The position numbers were made by a program, and so were the translations under genes. From Tubulanus polymorphus (Eukaryota > Animalia > Nemertea), in NCBI RefSeq assembly GCF_964204645.1, contig NC_134027.1, positions 12,928,485 through 12,992,484 on the forward strand: a stretch of 64,000 nucleotides of DNA. The letters are read 5' to 3'. Positions within the stretch are counted from its first letter, which is position 1. Each line of letters opens with the position of its first letter. The notes below the pieces were generated by a model. The model ran no database searches, had not been told where the DNA came from, and saw only the letters and a program-made list of their open reading frames with translations. Below, in pieces: positions 1 through 12,013 of this stretch.

Positions 1-385
1 GTAAGTACTTGGAAAAGTGGGCTTTCATACCAGAGGTCGTGCGGTCGAGACACCACTCATCACCACAAGTAATAATTCAATTGAGTATGAGACACCACTC
101 ATCACAGCTAGGCTCTAGTGAGAACGGACGATTGCTCTGTGATACACATATACAGTGAGTGCGCGTAACAACATCTGCGCGTGGATAGATCGATACAGTG
201 AGTATCTACTGAGAACGGTTATTAACGCGTGTGCTATTACTGTAGTAGTACAGTGATTGCGTGTCAACTGTACCCGGATAAATAGATGCTGTGAGGCTTG
301 GGTGAGAACGGTTAATAGCGTGTTTGTTATATACAAGGGGAAGTAATCCCCACTCATCACCACAAGTAATTTTTTTTCCTTATAA

Positions 386-712
386 ATGGGAGATAGAAAA
401 GCATTCTTAGCAACAATAAATAACAGAATAAAACCAGCAAAAAAACAATTTGAAATAAAAAAGTTAGTTGATGTTACAAAAGAAATTGAACATAAAATAT
501 TGAAATTAGAAAAGATAAAAACTAAATATGGAGAGAAAGTATCAGCTAATTTAAGCTACTGCAATGGTAGTACATCGCGAGAATTTAAAGTATTTTTACC
601 TGATAAATGGGTTTCATTGAGTACAGAGGAATTAAAAGATTTAGAAGGATTTAAAATAATCTATCATGGAAAAAATGAAGATGGCCATCATGATTTAGAA
701 ATTGTTGATTAA
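386..712 (+). CDS. Small conserved protein, possibly OB-fold ssDNA-binding
   Basis: Homologous to 43412-43753 (TKYG...FLPD.W/F...Y.GKNE.GHHD). The SSB role is an inference from size and the beta-strand-like pattern. Confidence 0.5.
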   Translation: MGDRKAFLATINNRIKPAKKQFEIKKLVDVTKEIEHKILKLEKIKTKYGEKVSANLSYCNGSTSREFKVFLPDKWVSLSTEELKDLEGFKIIYHGKNEDGHHDLEIVD

Positions 713-902
713 ATTTAAAAAAATAAATTAATAAAAATAATGAATATTAAGAATCCGAAACAACTTATCTGGACAAATTAATTGCTCCGCATAGATGGTG
801 CCATAAACAGCACCCACACAGTGATAGACAAAAGTAGTGAGATATTCAATTAATATTCAATTAATTAAAAAAAATTATTTTTTTTGCTTTTTTTCTAAAA
901 TA

Positions 903-1272
903 TTAATCCATTTTTTTTATTATAAATTTTGGAATTTCAGAAGTATTTTCATTTTTAATAGCAGTTGTTTCAGAATTATTAATATCATGAATTTTATTTG
1001 ATTTCTTATACCAATTACACCCAATCGAAATGAATACAATTACAAATCCAACTGTAAAATATAGACATTTATCAAATATTCTATCATTAGAAGGAGTAGA
1101 AATAACAATATTTTCACTATTTTTATTAACATTTTTATTACTTATTTTTTTCTTTTACAGCTTTTTTATATTCTTGTGATTTAATTCCTAATTGCCGAGA
1201 CCATTCAATTTGTTTCTGTGATCTCGGTTTTTTCTTCACAGTTAATTCCTTCACTTCTTCCACCTCGCTCAT
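903..1272 (-). pseudogene. Frameshifted single-TM protein
   Basis: Near-identical to intact ORF 58443-58796 and homologous to 33067-33462; frame broken in a T-run near 1150. Confidence 0.7.
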
Positions 1273-1811
1273 TTATTATAGAAATATTTTTACTTTCAAT
1301 ATTTGAAAATGTTATAACCCCAGTTGATAATAATGTCATAAATCCACCTAATTGAAATGATAAATATCCAATCCATTTATTTAATTCAGTCATAACTAAA
1401 TAATCATTTTTTAAATCGGAATATAATCTATTTTCATCTTCAATTGGTAGTATATAATTACATAATTTACTATAACCTTTTACTACATTTTCTGATATCG
1501 CGTCATTAATTCTAGCTGTTCTTGCGGATTCATAAATCTTAAATAATCTAATAATTTCATCTGATTTCATTGTATCTAATTCATTATAAGTTAAATTTTT
1601 ACCGACAAAATTTTTACATTTTCCAGATGCTATTAATATTTCTAATTGATGTTTACAAATAAAGATAATATTCATAATTATTATTTGTTGTAACATTATT
1701 TAAAGCACCATCATCTGGAATTAATTTGTTTTCTGTTATTCCTAAATCATCTAAAGTTTTTTCAATTGGAACATCACCATTTTTAGATTTTATTTTCTTT
1801 TCACCTACCAT
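1205..1811 (-). pseudogene. Frameshifted conserved ~196-aa protein with hydrophobic C-terminal segment
   Basis: Near-identical to 58744-59334 and homologous to 32469-33074; TAAATG start at 1811. Confidence 0.75.
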
Positions 1812-1842
1812 TTATATAACAAAAAAATTAATTGTGTTGTTG

Positions 1843-2115
1843 CAACTAGAATTCTACTAGAATGTAACTAGAATTTAACTAGATTAACAAGCTAGTTGAA
1901 ATATTGTTATTTCTGTTTATTTCTTGTTAAATCTAGTTGATTTTTGTTCCAACTACCAATAACTAGAATTCAACTAGAATGTAACTAGAATTAAACTAGA
2001 TTAACAAGCTAGTTAAAATATTGTTAAATCTAGTTGATTTTTGTTACAACTACCAATAACTAGAATTCAACTAGAATGTAACTAGAATTCAACTAGATTA
2101 ACAAGCTAGTTGAAT
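1843..2115. repeat. Tandem AACTAGAAT-based repeat block (3 higher-order units)
   Basis: Unit AACTAGAATTCAACTAGAATGTAACTAGAATTxAACTAGATTAACAAGCTAGTT occurs three times; also present in element C at 59366-59637. Confidence 0.85.
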
Positions 2116-2724
2116 TTAAATAAATTCATATTTAAATGGGTGTTGTAATCTAAATAGTAATTTTGATCTTTTAATATTTTTCAACTTATCCATATATTCA
2201 TTATGTAAATCATGTGGAATTATATCATTTTCCTCAAGTGCATTTTTCATCGATTTTCTATCTTTATTGTAGAATAAAACTAGAAATCTAATGTTTTCTC
2301 TAAAGTCTTTAACAATTGAATTATATTTTTGATTTAAAACCCAAGTTGTTATCCCAAAATGTCTGCCAGAAAAAGCTAAATAGCATAACTCACTTTCTCT
2401 CACTTTTGAATCATGTAAATTTGCGCAATCATCTATGATAAATAATGTATTTGATCCTTTATAAATATCAATTGCTATTTTTATACAATTATCTAAATTT
2501 TCTTTTACTGTTTTAGGATCTAATATAATAAATTTATTATTTCTAGTAATATTTCTATCATAAGTTTGATTAAATTCATATGTTGGACAAAATAATACTA
2601 TATTATCAAAATAGTTTTTATAAACAGTTTCTAATAAATTTAATATAAAATAAGTTTTTCCACAATTTGTTACACCAGAAATTAACATATTATGAGGCTC
2701 AAATATAAATAATTCCTTATTCAT
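2116..2724 (-). CDS. A32/FtsK-HerA-like genome packaging ATPase
   Basis: Walker A GVTNCGKT, Walker B FIIDD and the A32-type GRH motif (SGRHFGIT...Q). Confidence 0.9.
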   Translation of the reverse strand: MNKELFIFEPHNMLISGVTNCGKTYFILNLLETVYKNYFDNIVLFCPTYEFNQTYDRNITRNNKFIILDPKTVKENLDNCIKIAIDIYKGSNTLFIIDDCANLHDSKVRESELCYLAFSGRHFGITTWVLNQKYNSIVKDFRENIRFLVLFYNKDRKSMKNALEENDIIPHDLHNEYMDKLKNIKRSKLLFRLQHPFKYEFI

Positions 2725-3849
2725 TTATATATTTTTAATTTTACTTGATAATATCCATTCATTGAATTTATCTGGCCATCCAACCCATTTTACTAAAGAA
2801 TATTTTTTTCTTTTAATAGTTTTTGTTTTTAATACTTTTTCAATTTTATATTCTTGTTCTAGATTTTCAATAGTTAAACTCAATTCTTCTTCATAAAAAT
2901 ACCCATCAACTTCTTCACCATCTAAATCTTCTAATTTATAGACATATGGTTTTGTTGTTATTACCTTTTTTTTTATATATATTTCCCTAGTAAAATTTCG
3001 ATCGTATCCCTTGTCAAATATCTTTTTATACTTAGAAATTCTAACATTTTGACCAACTTTAAATTTAGGTTCACCAAAATCATCTACAAGAAATGATCCA
3101 TATAAATAATTCCAAACAATTTCAGCATTTTCAGGTTTTCTAGCATCAATAGGTTTCATTCCAATAGAAGAATGATAAGAATTATTATATTCTTCTATCA
3201 ATTTTGGTAAAACATCAATCCATTTAAAAGTATTATTTGCTGTAAAATATTTCCACATTCTTGTTCTTAATGTTCTATTAAATCGTTCAACAAATGCTGC
3301 TCCTCTATCCGATTTTGTTGAAAAATATTTAATATTATGATTATCTAAGAGTTCATGAACAAGTGAATTATCAAATTCTTTTCCATCATCAAATTGTATT
3401 TTTTCTGGTTTTAGTTTATCATCCGAAAGAAATTTTCTTAAAACATTTGATGTTTGTACAGCATCTTTTCTATAAAGTGGGAAGCTCCATACATAACGAC
3501 TAAAAATATCAATTATATTCAATAACCACCAATAATCATCATTATCTTTCTTAACATTTTTCATATCAATTAAATCTCCTTGCCACTGTTGATCTACATA
3601 ACTTACCATAGTTTTACGAGTTTTATATTTTCTAACAATTTTTTTATGTGTTGTGTATGTTGGTTGTTCTAACATAAATTCATTTATATCTTTATATTTA
3701 ACTAAATTTTGTGGGATTATCTTATCTAATTTATCTTGTTTTACTTGACGCCATATATTTTTGGCAGAAGAATAAGCAACCGAACTCTCAGGGTTGTAAT
3801 ATAAATTTCTTAAATATTGTTCTTTAGTATTAGGAGTTTTTTTTACCAC
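2725..3849 (-). CDS. Retroviral-type (rve) integrase with C-terminal chromodomain
   Basis: WQGDLID, IDIFSRY, QFDDGKEF and VERFNRTL (DDE triad); chromodomain Y.IEKVL...LVKWVGWP..FNEWI. The true start codon is unclear. Confidence 0.92.
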   Translation of the reverse strand: MVKKTPNTKEQYLRNLYYNPESSVAYSSAKNIWRQVKQDKLDKIIPQNLVKYKDINEFMLEQPTYTTHKKIVRKYKTRKTMVSYVDQQWQGDLIDMKNVKKDNDDYWWLLNIIDIFSRYVWSFPLYRKDAVQTSNVLRKFLSDDKLKPEKIQFDDGKEFDNSLVHELLDNHNIKYFSTKSDRGAAFVERFNRTLRTRMWKYFTANNTFKWIDVLPKLIEEYNNSYHSSIGMKPIDARKPENAEIVWNYLYGSFLVDDFGEPKFKVGQNVRISKYKKIFDKGYDRNFTREIYIKKKVITTKPYVYKLEDLDGEEVDGYFYEEELSLTIENLEQEYKIEKVLKTKTIKRKKYSLVKWVGWPDKFNEWILSSKIKNI

Positions 3850-3883
3850 CGATTTATATATCCTTAATTTTAACTTTATATTT

Positions 3884-5062
3884 CTAATATTGAATACTAT
3901 CTAATTGTGAATTTACAATATTTAATTGCGCGTCAGATATAATATAAATGTGCATTTTAAAATTTAAGCTTCCTTTTTTCTTTTTCATGAATAATTGTAT
4001 TCCATCTTTAGTGTGCAGTAGTTTTTTCCCAGAACCATGTAATGAATTATCCTCTGTTGTTCTAAAATCTAATCATAATGCGTATTTATTGCCGGTATAA
4101 TAATCAATTTGATTAATATTACAATTTTCAAATGATTTTACTTTTTCATTCATAAAATGTTTTCTAATTTCTGGCCACTGATCTATCATTCTCATTCCTT
4201 GACAAAATATTTTATTTGGTATTCCTTCGATAGTTATTTCTACTTTTGTTATTTCAGGATTATATTAATTATCTACCTTTATTGCGCCATTAGTATATGT
4301 TGCAATGGTAAAAAATATTAATATAATATCATTTAATAGATATTCTTGGGAAGTTAATATTCTCATTAATTATTTCATCATTTGCATTAATAATTACAGT
4401 TTTAAATTTATCAATATAATCATATAATAATGAAAATCCTTGATTGTATTGTGTTTGAATTGTGCTAGCAATATTTTCATTAGTTACTGTGTCATATTCT
4501 AAACATATATTTGATAATTTATAACCCATATCTTTAACAACGCTAGACAATACAATTTCATTTACAGGAGCAAATGTTATCTCAAATATAATATCTTCTT
4601 GAATTGCGTATTTATATAAAGGTGCATTATTATTTATCAATTCAAAGTCTAATGGAATTTTATATTTGCTTCCATAAATCTTTTTAATCAAATTATCTGT
4701 GGCACGAGTTACTATTGCGTCATTAGCTCCTGATCTTAATTTATTATGGTTTTCCGATTGAATACCCTGAAATATCATATTATTTCTATTTTCAAAATAA
4801 TAGAATTGATTATAATCAAATATCTTCCAACATTATCAACAACATAATTATTATCATGACCAATTACTTTTATATCAGCTGATAAATAAATACTATTTGG
4901 AACATAAAAAGTATTTCGTGTTAATCTAGGAATTCTAACATATAAAGTTTCATCGGGATTAATATTTGAAGGATTATGAGTAATTATATGATGTGATCAT
5001 TCTGCTTTAATAGCATTAGATATTCTAGAAATCTTAGAAGGACTTATATAACTCCCACTCAT
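3884..5062 (-). pseudogene. Degraded major capsid protein gene
   Basis: Collinear with intact ORF 36721-37968, with an internal deletion near 4800 plus frameshifts and stops. Confidence 0.8.
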
Positions 5063-5096
5063 TTATTTAACAAAAAAATTAATTATTTATTTTTTA

Positions 5097-6525
5097 TTAT
5101 TTTTTTTCTTGATATCTTTTTGATATCATATTCACTAACCCAAAAATAATAGCACTTACAACTGTAATTAAAAATAAAATAATATGTTCAGCAGCAAAGT
5201 TAAGAATATTCTCAGCAAATTTCAATATAAAACCAACAATTGATGCAATAATTCCTGGTAAAGCTGCAGCAGATTTTTTAGATAGTTCCCATAAATATTT
5301 TGCTAATTTCTTTAAACCATCTTTAACTTTATCTTGTATAGAATTATTACCTGGGGGTTTATCTGGTTTATTGGGAGTAGGAGTAGATTTCAAAGCATTT
5401 GATATTGCTAAACCTATTGTTGTAAATAACATAGTTACAGCTGTTAGAATTGAAAGAATTGTTATTCCTTCTAATCTAAATAATAATTTTATTCTATCTT
5501 TTAATGATATTTCAGAATTTGGTTTAATCAACAAATCTTTAAAAATAACTTTTAATCTATTAATATTATAATCATATGATTTTAATAATAATTTAATTTC
5601 TTCTTTCTGTACTTCTAAATTATCTTTTAAATTATTAATTTCTTCTTCTAATCGTAATTCTTTTTGCCTATATTCTATTTCATCAATTACTTGATGATCT
5701 AAATCAGACTTTAATTGTTCTATTTCTTTATTTTTATCAGTTAATTCTTTTTCTAAAAATCTAATTTTAAAATCTCTTATACTTTTATCATGCGCAAATT
5801 TATCAGCTTTATTTCTTATACTAATAATTTCTCTAATTGCTTTATCAGAAAATATATTTAAATCTTCTAGTTGTTGATCTGTTGCATCAATTAATCCATT
5901 CGGTAAAAGTTTTTCAATTGGAACTTTATTTGATTTAAGTTTACTAGTTTTGGAAGTTATATTCTGTTTCTGATTTCTTTTTGATTATTTCAAATAATTC
6001 ATTAATTCTTTGTTTAAATACGTCTATATTATCATCTCTTTCTTTTTGCGTAACATCAGTTATTTCATTACTATTACTTATTATTTTAATTTTATCTGGT
6101 TCTAATTTTTTTAAAGTTGATTCTGCTAATATTTTATTTTTATAATTTTTATAAGTGATATCAATATAATAATTACCTTTCAAACGATAATAACATTTAC
6201 CATTATCTAAAAATTTTAATTTATTTGCTAAAGGTCCAACGTCTTCATCATTTATGTTAAGTTTAGATTTTTCAATTAAATCTTCTAATTTAGGTATTTT
6301 GTTTAAATTATCTAAATCTTGTTTTACTAAACCTGGGTCTAAATTGTCAGGATTTAATTATGATTCTGCATTTTTAATATAATCAGGCATATTTAAATTA
6401 TTATTATATTCTGGCTCATTACCATCATTAAAACTTGTTTCACTAAAATCAGGTTGTTGTTCATCAGTTATACCAGGTTCATCAAAAGGATCCATTCCAA
6501 TATCTTCGCCACCTTCTACATCCAT
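5097..6525 (-). pseudogene. Fragmented coiled-coil protein with three C-terminal hydrophobic segments
   Basis: N- and C-termini match 38013-39725 (MDVEGGEDI...; LEGITILSILTAVTMLF...). Confidence 0.75.
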
Positions 6526-6541
6526 TTATATAATAAAAAAA

Positions 6542-7946
6542 TTAAAATTTAAAATATAATATTCCTCCTATAACAATTCCTATACAAGTTAAAGCTAATT
6601 TAGTATTTTCATGAAATTTATTATCATTATCAGTTTATCATTATCAGTTTTAATTATATCATGTTGAATATTATCAGTTTTAATATTTTCTGTAATATTG
6701 TAATCTTTTATTTTGGAATCATTATCCAATTTAATATTCTTAGTTTTAGTTTCTGTTGATTGAATATGTTTTTTATTTTTTTCACCTTCCATTAATTTTG
6801 GAGCAGTAATTATCTTTTTATTTATATCATTCAATCCAAATGAATTATTTATTGTTGCAGTTTTAATTAGATTATTATAACCAATTATATTTCCCATCTT
6901 TAATACTAAATCATTAGAAATAATTAATAGATTAGGGCCTATACAATAATTCAATCTAATATGTGATTTATCTAAATAATTTTGATATCTTACAATGTTT
7001 TCTGGAATCGATCTATTTTTATCATTATGAATGGAATCTTCTAATAAAACTTTAAATTGTTTTTGTGTATCAAATGATGTATTTAAATTTCCAATTATTG
7101 GGGATCTTGTTTCAACTTGCGAACCTAAAATACATATCAAATAAGTTCTAATAGATTGATTTATTCTTTGTATACCTGATTTTGTAAAACCTTCATTATT
7201 TTCTAAAATGAAATAAACCCAACCATTATTGTTTTCTTGTTTTAAATTATCATAAAATGTCGGTAATTAATTGAAATTTAATGTTTCTAAATCCTTAGTT
7301 TCTATTTTACCATAACCTAATTTATTACTATAGATATTATACAAACTATTAGATGGTATGGGAAGTGCACAATATTCTGCAATCTTTTTAGGGCAAGGAA
7401 GTGATCTTATTGTTCCAATTTTTGTTCTAAAATCAGAATTATTTATATCTATATTAAATTCATTACAAATTTTATAAAACTTTGATAAATTAATATTATT
7501 ATCTAATTCTTTAAAATACCTAGATCCTGGTAAAGCGCACTCTAATTCATTTAATATTATTCTGATTTGAAAGTATGTATGAAATCTAAATAAACTTTGA
7601 ATTAATTTATATTTAGAATTATTCAAATGATCATTCCAACTAATTCCACAACCACCTGTTGTTGCACAATAAACAGCAAAATTTAATTGGTTCTACCAAT
7701 ACTTCATATTAGATTTTAATAACCATTGTTTTTCATCTTTCAATTTTTCAAAATTAATTAAATATACATGAAATATATTTTCCATCTTTGCATTAAAATT
7801 ATTAGTTTCAGTAACATAAATTTCTAAATTAGTTAATGAATCTAAAACTTCATTTCTATATGTAATATCTTATTAAAATCTATTGCTGGAATATTATATT
7901 TAATTGATTTATTACATTGGAAAGCTTTTGGAAAACTATCTACCAT
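6542..7946 (-). pseudogene. Fragmented conserved protein (CATTGCG motif family)
   Basis: ORF pieces 6595-7140 and 7267-7626 match 39912-41129. Confidence 0.75.
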
Positions 7947-7962
7947 TTATATAATTAAAAAA

Positions 7963-8370
7963 TTAATAATTTATTAATTCTTTTAATAATTTATCTTGTT
8001 CTTCAACTGTTATATGACCATTTAAACTTATGATATAATCTAGTGTGTTCTTTAATTTATTAATTTCTTTTATATTAGTTTTAATTTTTTCTTTATTACT
8101 TTTTATATTTAATTTTGAACTTATACCAGTTAAAACACTTGAACTTAATCCTAACACGCCAATTGATATAGCTAAAGGTGTTAAAGGACTGAATATTGCT
8201 AGAAATGTTATTACAGAACTAATTGTAACCGAACCACTAATAATCAAATAATATATATTTTTTCTTTTTAATTTTAAATCATTTTCAAATTCTAATATTT
8301 GTTTTTCTAAATATATTTTTAATTTAGTTTTATTTATATCATGAGGAATAATATCAATATTATCTTCCAT
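7963..8370 (-). CDS. Two-TM membrane protein
   Basis: Two hydrophobic helices; homolog at 41147-41587, relative to which this copy has small deletions. Confidence 0.7.
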   Translation of the reverse strand: MEDNIDIIPHDINKTKLKIYLEKQILEFENDLKLKRKNIYYLIISGSVTISSVITFLAIFSPLTPLAISIGVLGLSSSVLTGISSKLNIKSNKEKIKTNIKEINKLKNTLDYIISLNGHITVEEQDKLLKELINY

Positions 8371-8389
8371 TTATTTAGAAAAAAAATTA

Positions 8390-8812
8390 CTAATTAGTAA
8401 ATTTATATGCTACATATATAACAATAACAGTTCCACCTAAAATCCATATTATTTCATATTTCTGTTGTTCTTTACTTGGAGTATAATAATCTGATAATTT
8501 AGGTTTGTATAGATGTAATTTTTCTTTATTTGTTACTGCGTTATGTAAACTCATTGCATCATCAACTGATTGAAAATCTCTATGTGAAATCTTCTGATCA
8601 TAAAATTCCTTGTTAATATAATCCATATAGTTTTGCCTCTTTTCTCTATATTCTTCTGCAGCTTTATTGTATTTCACTAATGCTAAGTTATGTCTTCTTT
8701 GTTCTCCTAATGAACTATTTTTATCAATATGTTTAAATAAATATCCACCACCAGTAAATGCAAAAGCGTTAACAATTGCCGATCCTATAATAGTTATAAT
8801 TGCAGAAGCCAT
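8390..8812 (-). CDS. Conserved 140-aa protein with N- and C-terminal hydrophobic segments
   Basis: Near-identical to 41608-42030; TAAATG start. Confidence 0.8.
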   Translation of the reverse strand: MASAIITIIGSAIVNAFAFTGGGYLFKHIDKNSSLGEQRRHNLALVKYNKAAEEYREKRQNYMDYINKEFYDQKISHRDFQSVDDAMSLHNAVTNKEKLHLYKPKLSDYYTPSKEQQKYEIIWILGGTVIVIYVAYKFTN

Positions 8813-8836
8813 TTATTTAGTAAAATAATTACGCAT

Positions 8837-9058
8837 TTATATGGGAGGAATATATTTTTGTTTTTCCAAATAATCAATAGTTAAATTAGATAAAGTAACT
8901 GCTAATGTTGATTTTAAGATATCATTTATATCAAATCTATCAACATTAACACTTCCCATTTTGAATACTTTTTTGAATACCATTGAATAACCAACTGTTC
9001 CAACTGATAGTAATGCGCCATTATATAATCCAGTTATTATCCACTTATTATCACTCAT
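8837..9058 (-). CDS. Conserved 73-aa hydrophobic protein
   Basis: Near-identical to 42055-42276; TAAATG start. Confidence 0.75.
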   Translation of the reverse strand: MSDNKWIITGLYNGALLSVGTVGYSMVFKKVFKMGSVNVDRFDINDILKSTLAVTLSNLTIDYLEKQKYIPPI

Positions 9059-9061
9059 TTA

Positions 9062-9415
9062 TTAATCAAAAAAATTACTATCTTTAAAATATTTAGTTAT
9101 CTTAGTGATGATTATTTCAACATTTATTTTATTACTAGTTTCATTTGTATATATTTCAATTATTATTTTTTTAATATCATCGATGATAAAATCTTCATCT
9201 AATTCATAAAATCTTAAAGATTCTCTAATTAGATTAGTAATCTTTTCTACATTTAAAGTTTCTTTATCTATTGTTTTTTCATACTCAAATGTTGTTTCAT
9301 TAGAAAATGCAATATTTTTGATATGTGTAATTACATCATTAATGTTAAATTTCATTTCTTTCTCACGTTTAAAATCAAATCCAAAACATATACTCGGTCC
9401 AACAGTTATATTCAT
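9062..9415 (-). CDS. Conserved hypothetical protein
   Basis: Homolog at 42277-42624; TAAATG start. Confidence 0.75.
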   Translation of the reverse strand: MNITVGPSICFGFDFKREKEMKFNINDVITHIKNIAFSNETTFEYEKTIDKETLNVEKITNLIRESLRFYELDEDFIIDDIKKIIIEIYTNETSNKINVEIIITKITKYFKDSNFFD

Positions 9416-9431
9416 TTATATAATGAAAAAA

Positions 9432-10189
9432 TTACTCTTTACATCTTATAACTAATTCATAAATTACAGGAAAGTTATTCAAATCAATTAAATAACCATT
9501 ATGATTTCTTATTTCTAATTTAAAATTATTGAAATGTGGAATACAAGGTTTAAAATCACATTCAGCTAATTTATAATTTATTTGCGTTCCAAATTCTTTA
9601 ACATTCTTCAATGGTAAAATGTTTAGTAAACCAGAATTACAAATTGTATCTTTAGTTGCTTCAAAAGTTTTTGTTGGGTCAATTAAATTGCAATAAATAT
9701 AAAAATGTGTAAAAGGTATTAAGTTTGATTTACCTTCTGCGTATGCTGTAACAATATCTGGGTTAATTCCTAACAGTTTACCTAAAGGTTTTCTCACTGT
9801 AAATTTAAATTGTCGTTATTAGCTAACCTAATCTTTATTTTATTAGAACTAGCACTTTTTAAAATTCTAATACTAAATCCGGAATCACTTCCTAATTTAG
9901 CTCGAGCTTTTCTATTAATTTCTTGTGCTAATGTATCTAAATTATATAATCCTGGTTTTAAATATATAAAAAACCATTTATTCCTTTTTTTGTAAAAGAT
10001 TGGAAAAATTAAATGTTCTAGACTTTTATCCGATATATTGTAAAATGAGTTACATAAACTTATATTTACTAATTTCAAATCTACACAATTCTTAAATTCT
10101 CTATCTAATTGTATTAATAAATTATGAGATTTATAATTTGTAAGTCTTCTAGAATCAACAAATATTCTGTATTCTTTTAATTCTGCCAT
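9432..10189 (-). pseudogene. Minor capsid (penton-like) protein, frameshifted near 9797
   Basis: Two ORFs together match 42641-43396. C-terminal FYIYCNLI...LEIRNHNGYLIDLN...YELVIR resembles Polinton minor capsid proteins. Confidence 0.7.
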
Positions 10190-10246
10190 TATTTATAACA
10201 TAAAAAAATTACACTCATCACCACAAGTAATTTTTTTCCCTAATAA

Positions 10247-11280
10247 ATGGATGAGAAGATACCATGTGAAATTTGTGGTGAACTTCTAGGAAAAAGTAAT
10301 ATGGCTCGACATATGAAAAAACATGATGAAAATTATAAACCCCCTAAACTAAACTGCCCAAAATGTAATAAATCATTCTCAAGAAATTATGTTAAAAAAC
10401 ATTCAGAGAAGTGTAAAATTAATGGCGCAACGGCTAATGTTGATTGTAACGAAAGTAATAGTAATTCTGTTGAAGTTGAACCTGAAGTTATTTGGAAAAG
10501 ACCTTTCTTATTCTATGATAAGGATAATATAAAAGATCATTTCTGTGAGCCTTGTCAAATGAAATATAACCCAGAAGATTGGGAGAATCATCAATTTCGT
10601 AAAGCACATATAGATAAAATTTCTAATAAATTTGAAACTGAATTCAATGAAAGAAAAAATAATTTATTAGAAAAAATAAAATATGAGAAAACGTTACCAG
10701 ATAATAAAGAAACAGTTGAAAAGTTAGAAAAACAATATAATGAATTAACAAGAAAAACATATTATTGTAAATATTGTAAATTGATTATTACAACAAGTAA
10801 TTCAAATCTACATAATAGAACAATAAAACATAAAGAAAACGTAAGAAAATACCAGGAGCTTAATGAAGATCTATTACCAATAAATTATAAACAAAAATGC
10901 CCACAATGTAATTACGCGACCTTAAGACAAGAAGGTACTGTGTTATTTTGTAATGAATGTGGATGGCAAAAGAATTTATGGAGTGAAGAAAAAACTAGAA
11001 ATTTTCTCATAAATTAAATTATCTAGATGAAATTTTTAAAATATTTTCTATAGAAGATCATACACCAGAATATATGCAATGGCTTGAAAAAATGAAAATA
11101 ATAGAAAATAAAAATGGTGAAATAACTAAAAAATATATTATGAAAACAATTATTCCGTCAACATTTAACACAAAACAAAAGAAAATGTATTTATATTTAT
11201 TATTTAACGATTATTATGAAAAACCTAAATTAACAGAAGAAGATATGGAAAATATAAAAAAATATTCAAACAAATATTAA
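10247..11280 (+). CDS. Multi zinc-finger protein; probably one gene with 11074-11280, split by a 5-nt duplication
   Basis: Several CxxC...HxxxH fingers. Removing one AAATT from ATAAATTAAATTATC near 11010 puts the two ORFs in frame. Confidence 0.65.
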
Positions 11281-11561
11281 TGTATCATTTGGAAAATAGA
11301 ATAACAGATTCAATTAATTATGAATTCTTTTTAAATAAGATTGTAAATTATTTAAACATAGATATTATAATTCCATTTGATGAATTCACAAACAAAAAGA
11401 AACAAAGAGAGCGAGATGAAATGTGGAACAAGATAGAACTTTATTTAAATAAGAAAAATGAAATGGAAGAAGAAGCTAAACAAATTATACAAGAACAATT
11501 AAATGAAAATGAAGAAGCCAATAGTGATTTCGATTATGATGATATTGATTTTATGTTTTAA
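11280..11561 (+). CDS. Small acidic hypothetical protein
   Basis: Start overlaps the upstream stop (TAATG); converges on the PolB stop. Confidence 0.5.
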   Translation: MYHLENRITDSINYEFFLNKIVNYLNIDIIIPFDEFTNKKKQRERDEMWNKIELYLNKKNEMEEEAKQIIQEQLNENEEANSDFDYDDIDFMF

Positions 11562-12013
11562 TGTCCATAAGGTAATGTTTTTATACCATCATCTAAAATA
11601 TGCCTTTTATCGTCAAATGGATTTAAACTAGTTTTTTCAACTTCATTAATGTACATCTCATGATCTTCTGATCTTAAACAATTCATTTTGTGTTTCATTA
11701 CAATTGATTTATATAAACACTTTATATAATCTTGAAATTCTATATGTTTATCAACCACGTGTTTTGTTATTCCTTTTGACTTTTTAGCTTCATGATCTTT
11801 TGTTCTATAGCTATACATTTTACTTCTTATCCCAACAAATTCAATCATTTCATCACCCCCTAGTTCATCTTTAAATTTACCAGGAATCTTTTTATTATCA
11901 TTGCTAAATAGTTCATGATCTTTGGGATAATTGCTAAAATCGAAATGATGTTTTAATGTTTTTAAGTCTTTTGTTATGTCATTTGTCTTGATTTTTAGTA
12001 TGTAACTGTCAGT

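Noticed and set aside
115-363. 82-aa minus-strand ORF at A's left end
   Set aside because: Non-ATG start, no TAAATG context, absent from C and no recognisable motifs.
1843-2115. Possible CRISPR-like array (also considered 31144-31441 and 53679-53765)
   Set aside because: The sequences between repeats are themselves repeated or absent, there are no unique spacers or cas genes, and the context is eukaryotic.
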